Below, piece after piece: positions 11,074 through 20,974 of a stretch of 64,000 nt of DNA. The notes below the pieces were generated by a model. It saw only the letters and a list, made by a program, of their open reading frames with translations, did not search any database and was not told where the DNA came from. Position 1 is the stretch's first letter. Every line of letters begins with the position of its first letter. The DNA is from an uncultured Clostridia bacterium (GTDB lineage: Bacteria > Bacillota > Clostridia > Peptostreptococcales > Anaerovoracaceae). The stretch lies in assembly GCA_944383465.1 (NCBI GenBank), contig CALWPQ010000003.1:11662-75661 (forward strand), read 5' to 3'. The translations under genes were made by a program, and so were the position numbers.

Positions 11074-11619
11074 ATGGGAATGTTGGAATTATTATTTTTG
11101 AGCATAGGGCTTGCTATGGATGCAGTAGCTGTTTCGATGACAAATGGAATGGTGTATAAGGATTTGAAAGCACGTCATTACATAGCGATGCCGCTTTTTT
11201 TTGGAATATTTCAAGGTGTTATGCCGCTTCTGGGATTTTTTGCGGGCAGTCTGTTTGCAGAAATTTTGGACAGATATTCAGGCATAGTGATACTCGTTAT
11301 ACTCGGTATTATAGGCGGCAAAATGGTATATGAAGGCTTTACGCATAAAGAGGGTGAAGACCTTAAACCCAGGCTTACGCTCACGGTTTTGCTTTTGCAG
11401 TCGGTAGCAACCAGCATAGACGCTTTTGCAGTGGGTGTTGCTTTTACAGCTATGAAAGTTAAAATAATTCCGGTGGTGACGGTGATCGCGCTGATAACGG
11501 CGGTGCTCGTGACAGTGGCCATTATTATCGGCAGGAAGATGGGAGATGTGCTCGGAGCAAAGGCTGAAATTCTGGGCGGTATTATTCTCATAATTATAGG
11601 CATAAAAGCAATGCTTTAA
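11074..11619 (+). CDS. mntP: Manganese efflux pump MntP
   Basis: Six hydrophobic segments and the duplicated motif LAMDAVAVS / TSIDAFAVG. The ATG at 11074 follows AAAAGGGAAC; the track ORF starts at a GTG at 11053. Confidence 0.85.
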   Translation: MGMLELLFLSIGLAMDAVAVSMTNGMVYKDLKARHYIAMPLFFGIFQGVMPLLGFFAGSLFAEILDRYSGIVILVILGIIGGKMVYEGFTHKEGEDLKPRLTLTVLLLQSVATSIDAFAVGVAFTAMKVKIIPVVTVIALITAVLVTVAIIIGRKMGDVLGAKAEILGGIILIIIGIKAML

Positions 11620-11662
11620 CAGAGCTGATGCTTAAGATTAAGATGAACACGGGGAGACGAAA

Positions 11663-12268
11663 ATGAAGAGAATTATAATCGCATCGCAAAATAAGCATAA
11701 AATACAGGAAATAGAGGCGATTACAAAGAAATTTGGCATGTTTTTAGTGCCGCGCAGCGAAGCGGGAATTCCTGACATAGAAGTCGAGGAAGACGGTGAA
11801 ACATTTGAGGAGAATTCATATAAAAAGGCGTATGAAATAATGAAGCTTGCAGGTGAAATGACGATAGCAGATGATTCGGGGCTGATGGTCGATGCGCTTG
11901 ACGGAGCGCCGGGAGTGTATTCGGCGAGATTTTCCGGGGCTGGGGCAACGGACAGAAGCAACAATGAAAAACTGCTTGCACTGCTTAAAGATGTGCAGGA
12001 GGAAAAGCGCACGGCTAAGTTTGTATCGGTAATTACGATGATTTATCCGCACGGCGACAAGATAGTCGCGCGCGGCGAATGCCAGGGACGAATAATATTT
12101 GAAGAGCGCGGCAGCGGCGGCTTTGGCTACGATCCGCTGTTTGTGCCCGACGGATACGACAGCACATTTGCGGAACTCGGTGCGGAAGAAAAGAATAAAA
12201 TCAGCCACAGAGCGCGGGCTCTTGAGATATTGGAGAGAGAACTGAGATGTCGTCAAAAAGACTTATAG
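11663..12268 (+). CDS. rdgB: dITP/XTP pyrophosphatase (RdgB/HAM1 family)
   Basis: IIIASQNKHKIQEI, ADDSGL and GFGYDPLF motifs. Confidence 0.9.
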   Translation: MKRIIIASQNKHKIQEIEAITKKFGMFLVPRSEAGIPDIEVEEDGETFEENSYKKAYEIMKLAGEMTIADDSGLMVDALDGAPGVYSARFSGAGATDRSNNEKLLALLKDVQEEKRTAKFVSVITMIYPHGDKIVARGECQGRIIFEERGSGGFGYDPLFVPDGYDSTFAELGAEEKNKISHRARALEILERELRCRQKDL

Positions 12269-13083
12269 CGTTATTTTCATCGGGATATAGACAACTGAAC
12301 GACTCGTACTATCAGGGATTTGCAGCACAGGTGGCATTTTATCTGCTGCTTTCTGTTGTGCCGACGATCATCCTGCTTTCACAGATATTGGGAGTATTTT
12401 CTCTGTCGCTTGAATTGCTTTCAGACTGGATATCGGAATACATGCCTGAAGAAACAGTGCGTCTTATTCTGGGGCTTTTTGATTATGTGCCGTCGGGCGT
12501 GCGGAGCGGATTTTTTGTAATCGTTGTGCTTTGGTCTGCATCGAGAGCACAGTTTGCAATGATGCGCATTGCAAACTATACTTTCAGCGGCGGAACGACT
12601 ACTGGCAAAGGATATTTTATAGACAGACTGCGCGCAGTGTTTACGATGGCGGTAACGCTCTTTACCGTCACATTTGCACTCGTCGTGCTCGTATACGGGC
12701 AGATTATAATAAATGTACTCGTTTCGCATATTGTAAAAAGTGCCATTTTTCTTGAACACTTAAACAAATTCTGGGTACTTATAAGGTGGCCGGCGGCGAT
12801 GACGCTTTATTTTTTGATGGTGAGCTTTAACTATTATATACTGCCGCTTGAGCGGGTAAAATTCAGGCGGATACTGCCGGGAAGCATTTTAGCGTCAGTC
12901 GGAATGCTCATTGTGACGGGCGGTTTTTCGGTATATATTGAAAATATCGCTAATTACGATATCGTGTACGGCTCGCTTGCTTCAATTGTGGCTCTGCTTT
13001 TTTGGTTTTATCTTTTGTCGTGGACACTGGGACTTGGCATCATTTTTAACAGAGCTTGGGATGAAACAAAGGGCATTGTTTAG
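12247..13083 (+). CDS. YihY/BrkB-family membrane protein
   Basis: Multi-pass membrane protein with a typical YihY N-terminus (GFAAQVAFYLLLSVVP) and C-terminal YGSLASIVALLFWFYL. Confidence 0.8.
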   Translation: MSSKRLIALFSSGYRQLNDSYYQGFAAQVAFYLLLSVVPTIILLSQILGVFSLSLELLSDWISEYMPEETVRLILGLFDYVPSGVRSGFFVIVVLWSASRAQFAMMRIANYTFSGGTTTGKGYFIDRLRAVFTMAVTLFTVTFALVVLVYGQIIINVLVSHIVKSAIFLEHLNKFWVLIRWPAAMTLYFLMVSFNYYILPLERVKFRRILPGSILASVGMLIVTGGFSVYIENIANYDIVYGSLASIVALLFWFYLLSWTLGLGIIFNRAWDETKGIV

Positions 13084-13199
13084 ATAAGTGCTGCTGAATT
13101 TGCAGGGGTTGTGGTATAGCATGCTGGTATTTAAAAACAAATATTTGCAGTTTGCAGAAATAAAAGTTGAAGTGAAAGATAACAGGAGTATTGAAAGCG

Positions 13200-13706
13200 A
13201 TGAAAAATGTAATACTTATAGGAATGCCCGGAACGGGAAAGAGTACGGTGGGAGTTATTCTCGCAAAGCGTATAGGATATGATTTTTTGGATGAGGATAT
13301 TGCGATAACTCTTAAGGACGGCAGACAGCTTTCGGAGATAATAGAGCAGGAAGGTATAGACCGGTTTCTTGAAATAGAAGGAGAAGTCGGACTTAGCATA
13401 GAGGCCGAAAAAACTGTGATTGCAACAGGAGGCAGCGCTGTATTTTCTGACGCTGCGATGCGCCATTTTAAGGAAAACGGTATTTGCGTATGGCTCGAAA
13501 CGCCGATAGCGGTGCTCGAAGAACGCCTCATAAATGGTTCGCGCGAGGAGCGGGGAGTGGCTGCGCCTGCGGAGATGACGCTGTCAGATATCTACGCCCT
13601 GAGAGAGCCGCTTTATAAGAAGTACGCGGACATTCGTATAGTGTGTGATTGTGATGCGGACGGCGTAGCTCGCAAAATAAAAGAGAAGCTTAAAGGCCAG
13701 CTTTAG
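13200..13706 (+). CDS. aroK: Shikimate kinase
   Basis: MKNVILIGMPGTGKSTVG Walker A, followed by a DxD and GGS(A)V arrangement. The ATG at 13200 lies 11 nt after ACAGGAG. Confidence 0.9.
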   Translation: MKNVILIGMPGTGKSTVGVILAKRIGYDFLDEDIAITLKDGRQLSEIIEQEGIDRFLEIEGEVGLSIEAEKTVIATGGSAVFSDAAMRHFKENGICVWLETPIAVLEERLINGSREERGVAAPAEMTLSDIYALREPLYKKYADIRIVCDCDADGVARKIKEKLKGQL

Positions 13707-13852
13707 GCAGAAACACATTTAAAATGCGGCTTTTTGTTGCGCTGATAATAAAATGATAGGTTGACAGAAGTCCGCAGGGCGCGCGCATTTAATTGGCGAG
13801 GTTTTGCGGACTTTATATTATAAATAAAAAATAGAGGAAGGGCGGGACAGAA

Positions 13853-14692
13853 ATGGAAATTAAAAAAGTGACGGCTATGTATCTGAGCTGTACGGGTACG
13901 ACGAAAAAGATTGTCGAATATGTTGCAAAGAATGTAGCGGAAAGGCTTAGTGCGGAGTACGAAGTATTTGATTTTTCACTTCCGGCAGCGCGGAAGCCTA
14001 CGCTCTTATATAGTGAAGATGAACTTGTAATCTGCGGCACGCCTGTATATGCGGGCAGAGTGCCAAATCTTTTTTTGCCGTATCTTAAAGAGAAGATAAA
14101 GGGCGGCGGGGCGCTTGCAGTGCCTATAGTGCTTTTTGGCAACAGAAACTTTGATGACGCTTTAGCAGAGCTGCGGGATATTCTCGCAGGCGACGGATTT
14201 TATCCGCTGGCGGCGGGGGCTTTTGTGGGTGAGCATTCATTTTCAAGGGTGCTCGGCGCCGGTCGCCCTGATGCCGCTGATTTTGCAAAGGCGGACGAGC
14301 TTGCAGCGCTCATTGCTGATCGTATCGCTAATAAAGAGAGCTTGGAGGCGGGTTTGCCGGCACTTGCAGCTGTTCCGGGCGCCTCGCCGCAGGATAAGTA
14401 CTATACGCCGCGCGACAGGCACGGAAAGGCAATAGATATAAGAAAAGTAAAACCTAAGACAAGCGATGCCTGCGCGGCGGCTGCTGGCTGCCGCATATGC
14501 GCTGATATATGTCCTCTGGGGGCAATCGACTTTGATGATCCGAGTAAAGTTACGGGCATCTGTATGAAGTGCGGAGCGTGCGTCAAGCGCTGTCCTGAGA
14601 ATGCCAAATATTACGATGATGAGGGCTATATATACCACAAAACAGAGCTTGAGGAAATTTATGCACGGCGCGCTGAGAGCACGATTTACTGA
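13853..14692 (+). CDS. Flavodoxin-like protein with C-terminal 2x[4Fe-4S] ferredoxin domain
   Basis: N-terminal flavodoxin-like SCTGTTKKI...GTPVYAGRVP. C-terminal CRICADICP and CMKCGACVKRCP cysteine clusters. Confidence 0.75.
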   Translation: MEIKKVTAMYLSCTGTTKKIVEYVAKNVAERLSAEYEVFDFSLPAARKPTLLYSEDELVICGTPVYAGRVPNLFLPYLKEKIKGGGALAVPIVLFGNRNFDDALAELRDILAGDGFYPLAAGAFVGEHSFSRVLGAGRPDAADFAKADELAALIADRIANKESLEAGLPALAAVPGASPQDKYYTPRDRHGKAIDIRKVKPKTSDACAAAAGCRICADICPLGAIDFDDPSKVTGICMKCGACVKRCPENAKYYDDEGYIYHKTELEEIYARRAESTIY

Positions 14693-14876
14693 GAATACGA
14701 GGCGCACAGAAAGAGATAAGCTAAAGGCGCGCAGAAATCCTGATTATTTACATAATCTTTATGCATTGACATAGATCATACGTCTTATCGGGAGTTATGA
14801 GCATTAACATATAGATCTGTGCGATTGGCATGCGGTTTGAATGCCGCTTGTCTGCGCGGACAGCAAAAGGTTTCAT

Positions 14877-14917
14877 TTAAGAATTTTTTAAGAAACGGGT
14901 TAAGTGTTTTGTAATAT
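14877..14917 (+). promoter_or_regulatory. Three phased TTAAG(AA) direct repeats overlapping the -35 of a TAATAT -10; putative response-regulator box
   Basis: TTAAGAA at 14877 and 14888, TTAAG at 14900 (11-12 bp phasing). TAATAT at 14912-14917 lies 17 nt after the second repeat. Confidence 0.45.
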
Positions 14918-15014
14918 TTCAGAGATATGATGAAATTGCAAAAGGGGATTTGCACGGGATTCATATGCGAGATATTAGAGGCAAAATCATAATGAAGTTA
15001 TGAAAGGAACAAAT

Positions 15015-15701
15015 ATGAATATTCTGGTATGCGATGACGATAAAGAAATAGTGGGAGCAATAGAAGTATATTTGAAGAATGAAGGGTATACCATTTTTAA
15101 AGCGTATGACGGCCTTGAAGCCTTGAACGTGCTCGATAAAAATGAAATACATCTCGTCATAATGGACGTTATGATGCCGAACCTCGACGGAATGAGAACG
15201 ACTATGCGTATACGTGAGGAAAAAAATATTCCTATTATAATGCTCAGCGCTAAGAGCGAGGATTATGACAAAATTACGGGGCTTAATATAGGTGCGGATG
15301 ATTATATAACGAAGCCGTTCAATCCGCTCGAACTCATCGCGAGAGTTAAATCTCAGCTCAGGCGCTATGTGAATCTCGGAAGTATGGAGATTAAAAAAGG
15401 TGTTTTCAAAACAGGAGGTCTGGAGGTCGACGATGAACAGAAAACAGTGACCGTCGACGGACAGCCGATTGTGATGACGCCCACCGAATTCGGCATACTT
15501 AAGCTGCTGACGGAAAATGCAGGCAAAGTGTTCAGTATGGAGCAGATATATGAAAGCGTATGGAATGAGCCTGCTTACAATCCTGAAAATACTGTGGCAG
15601 TACATGTGCGCCGAATTCGTGAAAAAATCGAAATTAATCCTAAAAATCCAAAATACTTAAAGGTGGTGTGGGGAATTGGGTACAAAATCGAAAAAATTTA
15701 G
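15015..15701 (+). CDS. OmpR/PhoB-family response regulator
   Basis: Receiver domain (ILVCDDD...VIMDVMMPNLDG...KP) plus a winged-helix output domain (TPTEFGILKLL...VWGIGYK). The ATG at 15015 follows GAAAGGA. Confidence 0.9.
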   Translation: MNILVCDDDKEIVGAIEVYLKNEGYTIFKAYDGLEALNVLDKNEIHLVIMDVMMPNLDGMRTTMRIREEKNIPIIMLSAKSEDYDKITGLNIGADDYITKPFNPLELIARVKSQLRRYVNLGSMEIKKGVFKTGGLEVDDEQKTVTVDGQPIVMTPTEFGILKLLTENAGKVFSMEQIYESVWNEPAYNPENTVAVHVRRIREKIEINPKNPKYLKVVWGIGYKIEKI

Positions 15702-18030
15702 CCAGAATATAATACTTCGTACATTTATATTTGTCTTTATGATAATTATGCTTGTGCAGGTGCTCATCGGAAGCATGATGATGGTGTCGCAGCATAGCAA
15801 TTCAGTATCTCTGGAAGCCTACGATTTGTTTGGAAATAAAAGCTATATAGAGAGTGAAGAGCTTAGGTACAATATGCATCGGCAGACAGAAAATATTTTT
15901 GAGCTGTTTGTAAATTACAGAAGCGAAGAGGATATACTCGCGGGACACAGTATCGCAAACGAAGAAATGAACGAGTACATCGAGGAACTATATAACAGTG
16001 GCTGGGTGTATTTTAACAGCGGGGAGATAACCGCAAATTATGAATATGATGCCTATGAGCCTTACGCAGAATTTACAGGCGATGTACGCAAAGCGTTTAT
16101 AGATGCCAATGCGGATAATATCGAGGAAATAAAGCAGGCCTTGATAGAAAGAGATCTCGAATATTTCCGCAGAAATATAAAAAGGCTCGAGGAAATAGAA
16201 GGCCTGATGTACTTTATTTCTGACGGTAAAGAGTCTATAACAAACGTACAGGGCGGAAATTTAAGTGCGGATGATTTCAAAAAATACCAGGCATACACAG
16301 TGTATGAAAACGGGATATTTGAAAGCGAGCCGAACAATGCTTATGCAGGCAATTATGAAAACTATTATCACAGCGAGGAATTGATAGACGATTATTACGG
16401 AGGAGGCGGCGATGATTTAGTATTATGTATCGCTTATACAGACTCTTATATTGCGGCTATGAATGAGGAATATACGCGTGCCAGAGCGGCGGTAACGGAA
16501 TGGCTTCCTGTGGTGCTTTCGTCGCTTGTCTGTGCTGTTGTCGCAATCCTGTGGCTTATGATTACTACAGGAGGAAAAAATCCTGACGGCACAAGAAAAC
16601 TGTATGCGATAGATAAGCTCTGGACAGAAGTGCAGCTTGCAATTTTTGGGTGCGCGTTTGCGGGCGCAGCAGCAAGCTATTTTGAAGCGGTTAGCTATTC
16701 GTATTCATATGCGTTTATGCGCTACAGCGGCGTTTCGGATTATGTCGGAAAAGATATGATTTCTTCATTCGGCAGCATTGCGCTGATCGCAGCCTTTGCG
16801 GCGTGCCTGGCAGTTGCTGCTTGGTATATGCTCTCGTTTATAAGACTTTTAAAGTCCGGCGTATTCATTAAAAATTCGCTCGTATATAAAATATGCAGGT
16901 TTCTCTGGAAGCCTATATCAAATGCAGTGAGCAATGTGATAAACGGCGGCAGCACTATGCGCAAAGCAGTGATACTTATAGTGCTCGTATGCCTGCTTTC
17001 GGCGACAGTATTCCTCGTGCCTGTTGTGCTCTGTCTGCTGCTCGTATTTGTACCAAAGTGGATAAAGCGTTTTGAAGAGGTACAAAAGGGTGTGGATGAG
17101 GTCAAAAGCGGCAATCTGACATATAAAATACCGATTGATCCGGATAAGCCGACAGATGAGCTTTCGAGACTGGCAAAGGGTATAAACGAAATATCGGAGG
17201 CCTCAAATGTTGCGGTGCAGAATGAGCTTAAAAATCAAAGAATGAAAACAGAGCTTATTTCAAATGTTTCGCACGATCTCAAAACTCCGCTTACTTCGAT
17301 GGTATCGTATATAGATCTGCTGAAAAAAGAAGGGCTTGACAGTCCGAATGCACCGGGATATCTTGATATACTCGATCAAAAGACCGAGCGTCTGCGCAAG
17401 CTGACGGAAGATCTGTTTGAAGCGGCAAAAGCGTCAAGCGGTGCAATGCCTGTGAATATCGAAACGGTGGATCTGCTCTCGCTCATAAATCAGAGTATGG
17501 GAGAGATGAGCGCGCGCATACAAGCTTCATCGCTCGACTTTATACTAAATGCCGAAAAGGATAAGTACTATGTCAGAGCCGACGGACAGCTCTTATACAG
17601 AGTGGTGGAAAACTTGCTCGTAAATGTGCTCAAGTACGCACAGGACGGAAGCCGCGTGTATATAGATATAAAGGAACCGTTGGCCGGCATCGGTAAAGGA
17701 GCGCTTGATATGGGTCAGGACGCGTTTGGCAGTGCAGGTGATAATAGCGGAGCCTACGGTGTGAGATCATCCGCAAGAAAAGATATTGTAGTGCTTGAGA
17801 TAAAGAATATATCAAAACAGCAGCTCAATATAAATGCTGATGAGCTTATGGAGAGATTTAAGCGCGGTGATGATTCGAGAACGACAGAAGGAAGCGGACT
17901 CGGTCTTGCTATCGCTAAAGACCTTGTAAAGCTTATGGATGGCTGGTTTGAAATAGCAATAGACGGCGACCTGTTCAAGGTACGCGTAGTGCTCGACAAA
18001 GCACCGGCGCCGGTAAAGCAGGATGAATAG
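15676..18030 (+). CDS. Sensor histidine kinase with large N-terminal sensor region
   Basis: H-box SHDLKTPLTSM, N-box ENLLVNVLKYA, G2 GSGLGLAIAKD, and several TM segments. The start is a TTG that overlaps the regulator gene end, so the exact start is uncertain. Confidence 0.85.
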   Translation: MGTKSKKFSQNIILRTFIFVFMIIMLVQVLIGSMMMVSQHSNSVSLEAYDLFGNKSYIESEELRYNMHRQTENIFELFVNYRSEEDILAGHSIANEEMNEYIEELYNSGWVYFNSGEITANYEYDAYEPYAEFTGDVRKAFIDANADNIEEIKQALIERDLEYFRRNIKRLEEIEGLMYFISDGKESITNVQGGNLSADDFKKYQAYTVYENGIFESEPNNAYAGNYENYYHSEELIDDYYGGGGDDLVLCIAYTDSYIAAMNEEYTRARAAVTEWLPVVLSSLVCAVVAILWLMITTGGKNPDGTRKLYAIDKLWTEVQLAIFGCAFAGAAASYFEAVSYSYSYAFMRYSGVSDYVGKDMISSFGSIALIAAFAACLAVAAWYMLSFIRLLKSGVFIKNSLVYKICRFLWKPISNAVSNVINGGSTMRKAVILIVLVCLLSATVFLVPVVLCLLLVFVPKWIKRFEEVQKGVDEVKSGNLTYKIPIDPDKPTDELSRLAKGINEISEASNVAVQNELKNQRMKTELISNVSHDLKTPLTSMVSYIDLLKKEGLDSPNAPGYLDILDQKTERLRKLTEDLFEAAKASSGAMPVNIETVDLLSLINQSMGEMSARIQASSLDFILNAEKDKYYVRADGQLLYRVVENLLVNVLKYAQDGSRVYIDIKEPLAGIGKGALDMGQDAFGSAGDNSGAYGVRSSARKDIVVLEIKNISKQQLNINADELMERFKRGDDSRTTEGSGLGLAIAKDLVKLMDGWFEIAIDGDLFKVRVVLDKAPAPVKQDE

Positions 18031-18330
18031 ATAATCTTGGCCTTGAGCTTTTCCTTTGGTCTGGCTTTGGACTTTTGCCAGCGGAGACAGGTCCGCACAT
18101 GTGAATAAGGGCAAAAGGCAAAAGATAAAAAAAGCTTCGTAGAGAAAATGAAGCGAGAGTAATAAGTTTTATAAGGACAAAAACAGCTTTTTTGCATAAA
18201 TTGAGAATATTAAGCAGCTATAATGGCTTGAGATCTGTATTAAGCAGGTGTCAAGCCATTTCATTTATTAAATCCGTTTTTGCATTTTTATTAAATTTGG
18301 GAGATTTTCCTTTAGCAGCTTTTCTGCGCT

Positions 18331-18618
18331 TTATACTTCGTATCTGTCAATTTTACTTTCTATAGTGTACGGCGCTTTGATGCTTGGAAGCTGTTTGAAG
18401 TGCGCTGTGTTCTGATGACGCGTAAGGGCTTCGTCGTTTTCCCACTTTTCGATGAGCAGCATTTCGTTGCCGCGGTCGGCAGAAAAGAAATAGTCATACA
18501 TGATGTTACCGTCTTCGGCGCGTGATGCCGCAGGCACACCCGAAGCGCAGAGCGCCGCGTAGTACGAATCGCGCTCGTCTCTATTGATAAAAGTTTGTTT
18601 TACATGAAGTATAATCAT
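18331..18618 (-). CDS. Antibiotic-biosynthesis-monooxygenase (ABM) domain protein
   Basis: 95 aa with an ABM-like pattern (LLIEKWENDEALTRHQNTAHFKQL). Confidence 0.65.
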   Translation of the reverse strand: MIILHVKQTFINRDERDSYYAALCASGVPAASRAEDGNIMYDYFFSADRGNEMLLIEKWENDEALTRHQNTAHFKQLPSIKAPYTIESKIDRYEV

Positions 18619-18776
18619 ATTTTCCTCCCATTTATTTTATTTCTGTTAGATACTTTAGAGCGATTTCGGCGTTTAATGATTATCCAAAAAGTAAAAATCA
18701 CGCAGAAAAGATCGTTATTTGCCGATGGGGCAGTAAGTTTGTGCTTGCAGCAGATGAGCTGCTGCAAGCTATGTCA

Positions 18777-20765
18777 CTAAAGCCGTTCGACTTCTTCGAG
18801 CCACAGGCTGCTGTCGGCATCGCTTGGCATTCTCAGGTCGCCGCGCGGCGAGAGGCTTACTGTGCCCACCTTTGGGCCGTCAGGAATGCAGCTTCTCTTA
18901 AACTGCTGCGAGAAAAAGCGGCGGTAAAATACTTTAAGCCATTTCTTGATAAAGGCTCTGTCGTACTCGCCTGCAAACGCGTGCTCGGCGATGAAAAGCA
19001 GCTTTTCCGGCGTGATTCCGCTTCTGAGCGTATGATATATAAAGAAGTCGTGAAGTAAATAAGGGCCTACGCTGTCCTCCGTTTTCTGAGCGATGCTGCC
19101 GTCCTCATCCGGAGGCAGGAGTTCAGGAGATATAGGCGTGTCGAGGATGTCTTGCAGAGTGGCGCGGAGAAGCGCGTTATCTGAGCTGAAATCCTTATCC
19201 TCGTTTGCTCTGGAGAGCTTATTATCCATTACCCATTTCACGACAAAACGCACGAGAGTTTTTGGTATGCCAGCGTTTACATTATACATAGCCATATGGT
19301 CGCCGTTATAGGTGCACCAGCCAAGAGCTGCTTCAGAAAGGTCTCCGGTGCCGACTACGAGCCCGTTTTCCATTCCGGCTATATCCATTAAAATCTGTGT
19401 ACGCTCTCTGGCCTGCGCATTTTCGTATGTCAAATCGTGATTTGCCTCGCTTTGACCGATATCCGAAAAATGCTGCCGTACAGCATCGACAATAGAAATT
19501 TCACGTATTTCAGTACCGAGAAGGTTCATGATCGTAAGTGCGTTATTGTAGGTCTTGCCAGTGGTGCCAAAGCCCGGCATTGTTATGGCAATGATATCGG
19601 AAGCCGGCTTTCCGAGCAGTTTGTGTGTTTCTGCCGCAACGAGCAGCGCGAGAGTTGAATCAAGGCCGCCCGATATGCCGACAACCGACTTTGCGGCATG
19701 CGTGTGCTCCATTCGTTTGGCGTAGCCTGCCGTCTGTATCTTAAATATCTCGCGGCATTTGCGGTCGGTTTCGCTTGTATCCGATGGTATAAACGGATTT
19801 TTAGCGTAGCTGCGGATAAGCGTGTCGCTTTCGCTTGCTATCGTGCGCATTTCTAAGAGCGCTACAGGCGTGTACATATATCTGTCGGAAAATGCGATAT
19901 TGCACTCTGCCATATTGTGCCCCTGACTTCTGTCAAATTTGAGTTTGCCGTAGTCGATTTCTGTGTATGTGATGACGCTTTGGCGTTCAAAACGTTCGTT
20001 TTCTGCGAGTACCGTACCGCCCTCGGCAATGATGTGGTGCCCTGAAAATACAAGGTCAGTCGTCGATTCGCTGACACCCGATGATGCGTATACATAACCG
20101 CATATGCTCTTTGCGCTCTGCACTGCTACAAGGTTCCTTCTATAATCGCTTTTACCTACTGTTTCGTCGGAGGCCGAAGGGTTGAGAATTATATGCGCTC
20201 CGTTTAGTGCAAGCTGCGCCCCCGGAGTAATTGGCAGCCATAGATCCTCGCATATTTCTATTCCGAGAGAAAGCCCTGACGCATCGTCAGTGAAAATGAG
20301 GTTGCCAAAAGCCGTTTCATAACCAAAAATATTTACGGAATTTACATCTCTGGCTATTGATTTGCCAGAGGCAAACCACCGAGCTTCGTAAAATTCCTTT
20401 GAATTCGGAATAAACATTTTAGGTACAATGCCTTTTATTTTGCCGTTTTGGATTAGTGCGGCACAGTTATAAAGATTGTTTTCGAGACGAAATGCAAATC
20501 CGAGCACGGTCACAAGGCGGCTTCCGCTGCTTGCGTCAGCTATATGCGCGAGCGATTCGAGCTGTTTCTGATAGAGAAGCTCCTGATAAAAAAGGTCGCC
20601 TGCTGTGTATCCTGTTATAGTGAGCTCGGGCAGCAGCAAAATTCCTGCGCCGGCATTGTCGGCCTCGTTCATAATTTTGAGAATTTCTTTTTCGTTTGCG
20701 GCAGGGTTTGCCACTTTGAGCTGCGGCGTTGCGGCGGCCGCGCGTATCATTCCGAGCTTTGACAT
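18777..20765 (-). CDS. nadE: Glutamine-dependent NAD+ synthetase
   Basis: N-terminal CN-hydrolase domain (LLPELTITGY, ICEDLW) and C-terminal NAD synthase P-loop ISGGLDSTLALL. Confidence 0.9.
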   Translation of the reverse strand: MSKLGMIRAAAATPQLKVANPAANEKEILKIMNEADNAGAGILLLPELTITGYTAGDLFYQELLYQKQLESLAHIADASSGSRLVTVLGFAFRLENNLYNCAALIQNGKIKGIVPKMFIPNSKEFYEARWFASGKSIARDVNSVNIFGYETAFGNLIFTDDASGLSLGIEICEDLWLPITPGAQLALNGAHIILNPSASDETVGKSDYRRNLVAVQSAKSICGYVYASSGVSESTTDLVFSGHHIIAEGGTVLAENERFERQSVITYTEIDYGKLKFDRSQGHNMAECNIAFSDRYMYTPVALLEMRTIASESDTLIRSYAKNPFIPSDTSETDRKCREIFKIQTAGYAKRMEHTHAAKSVVGISGGLDSTLALLVAAETHKLLGKPASDIIAITMPGFGTTGKTYNNALTIMNLLGTEIREISIVDAVRQHFSDIGQSEANHDLTYENAQARERTQILMDIAGMENGLVVGTGDLSEAALGWCTYNGDHMAMYNVNAGIPKTLVRFVVKWVMDNKLSRANEDKDFSSDNALLRATLQDILDTPISPELLPPDEDGSIAQKTEDSVGPYLLHDFFIYHTLRSGITPEKLLFIAEHAFAGEYDRAFIKKWLKVFYRRFFSQQFKRSCIPDGPKVGTVSLSPRGDLRMPSDADSSLWLEEVERL

Positions 20766-20974
20766 TTTTTATTCCCTCCAAAAAAAAGTACTTGCAAACA
20801 AATTATGTAAAATATATAATAAATATGTAAAAACTTGTAAGCTTAATGACTGTTTAAATTATAGGTTTATATTTCCCGCTTGTCAATAATTTATTATAGA
20901 GCCGTACGGCGTTTATATTGGACTAAAGTCCTGTTTTGGTGTATAATAAATTTACTTTTAGAAAGGAAAAGAAT

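Noticed and set aside
18743-18769. An 11-bp perfect hairpin (GCTTGCAGCAG/CTGCTGCAAGC) just downstream of the nadE stop.
   Set aside because: No U-tract follows it on either strand, so I do not call it an intrinsic terminator. It may be a processing or stability element, but I cannot support that from sequence alone.
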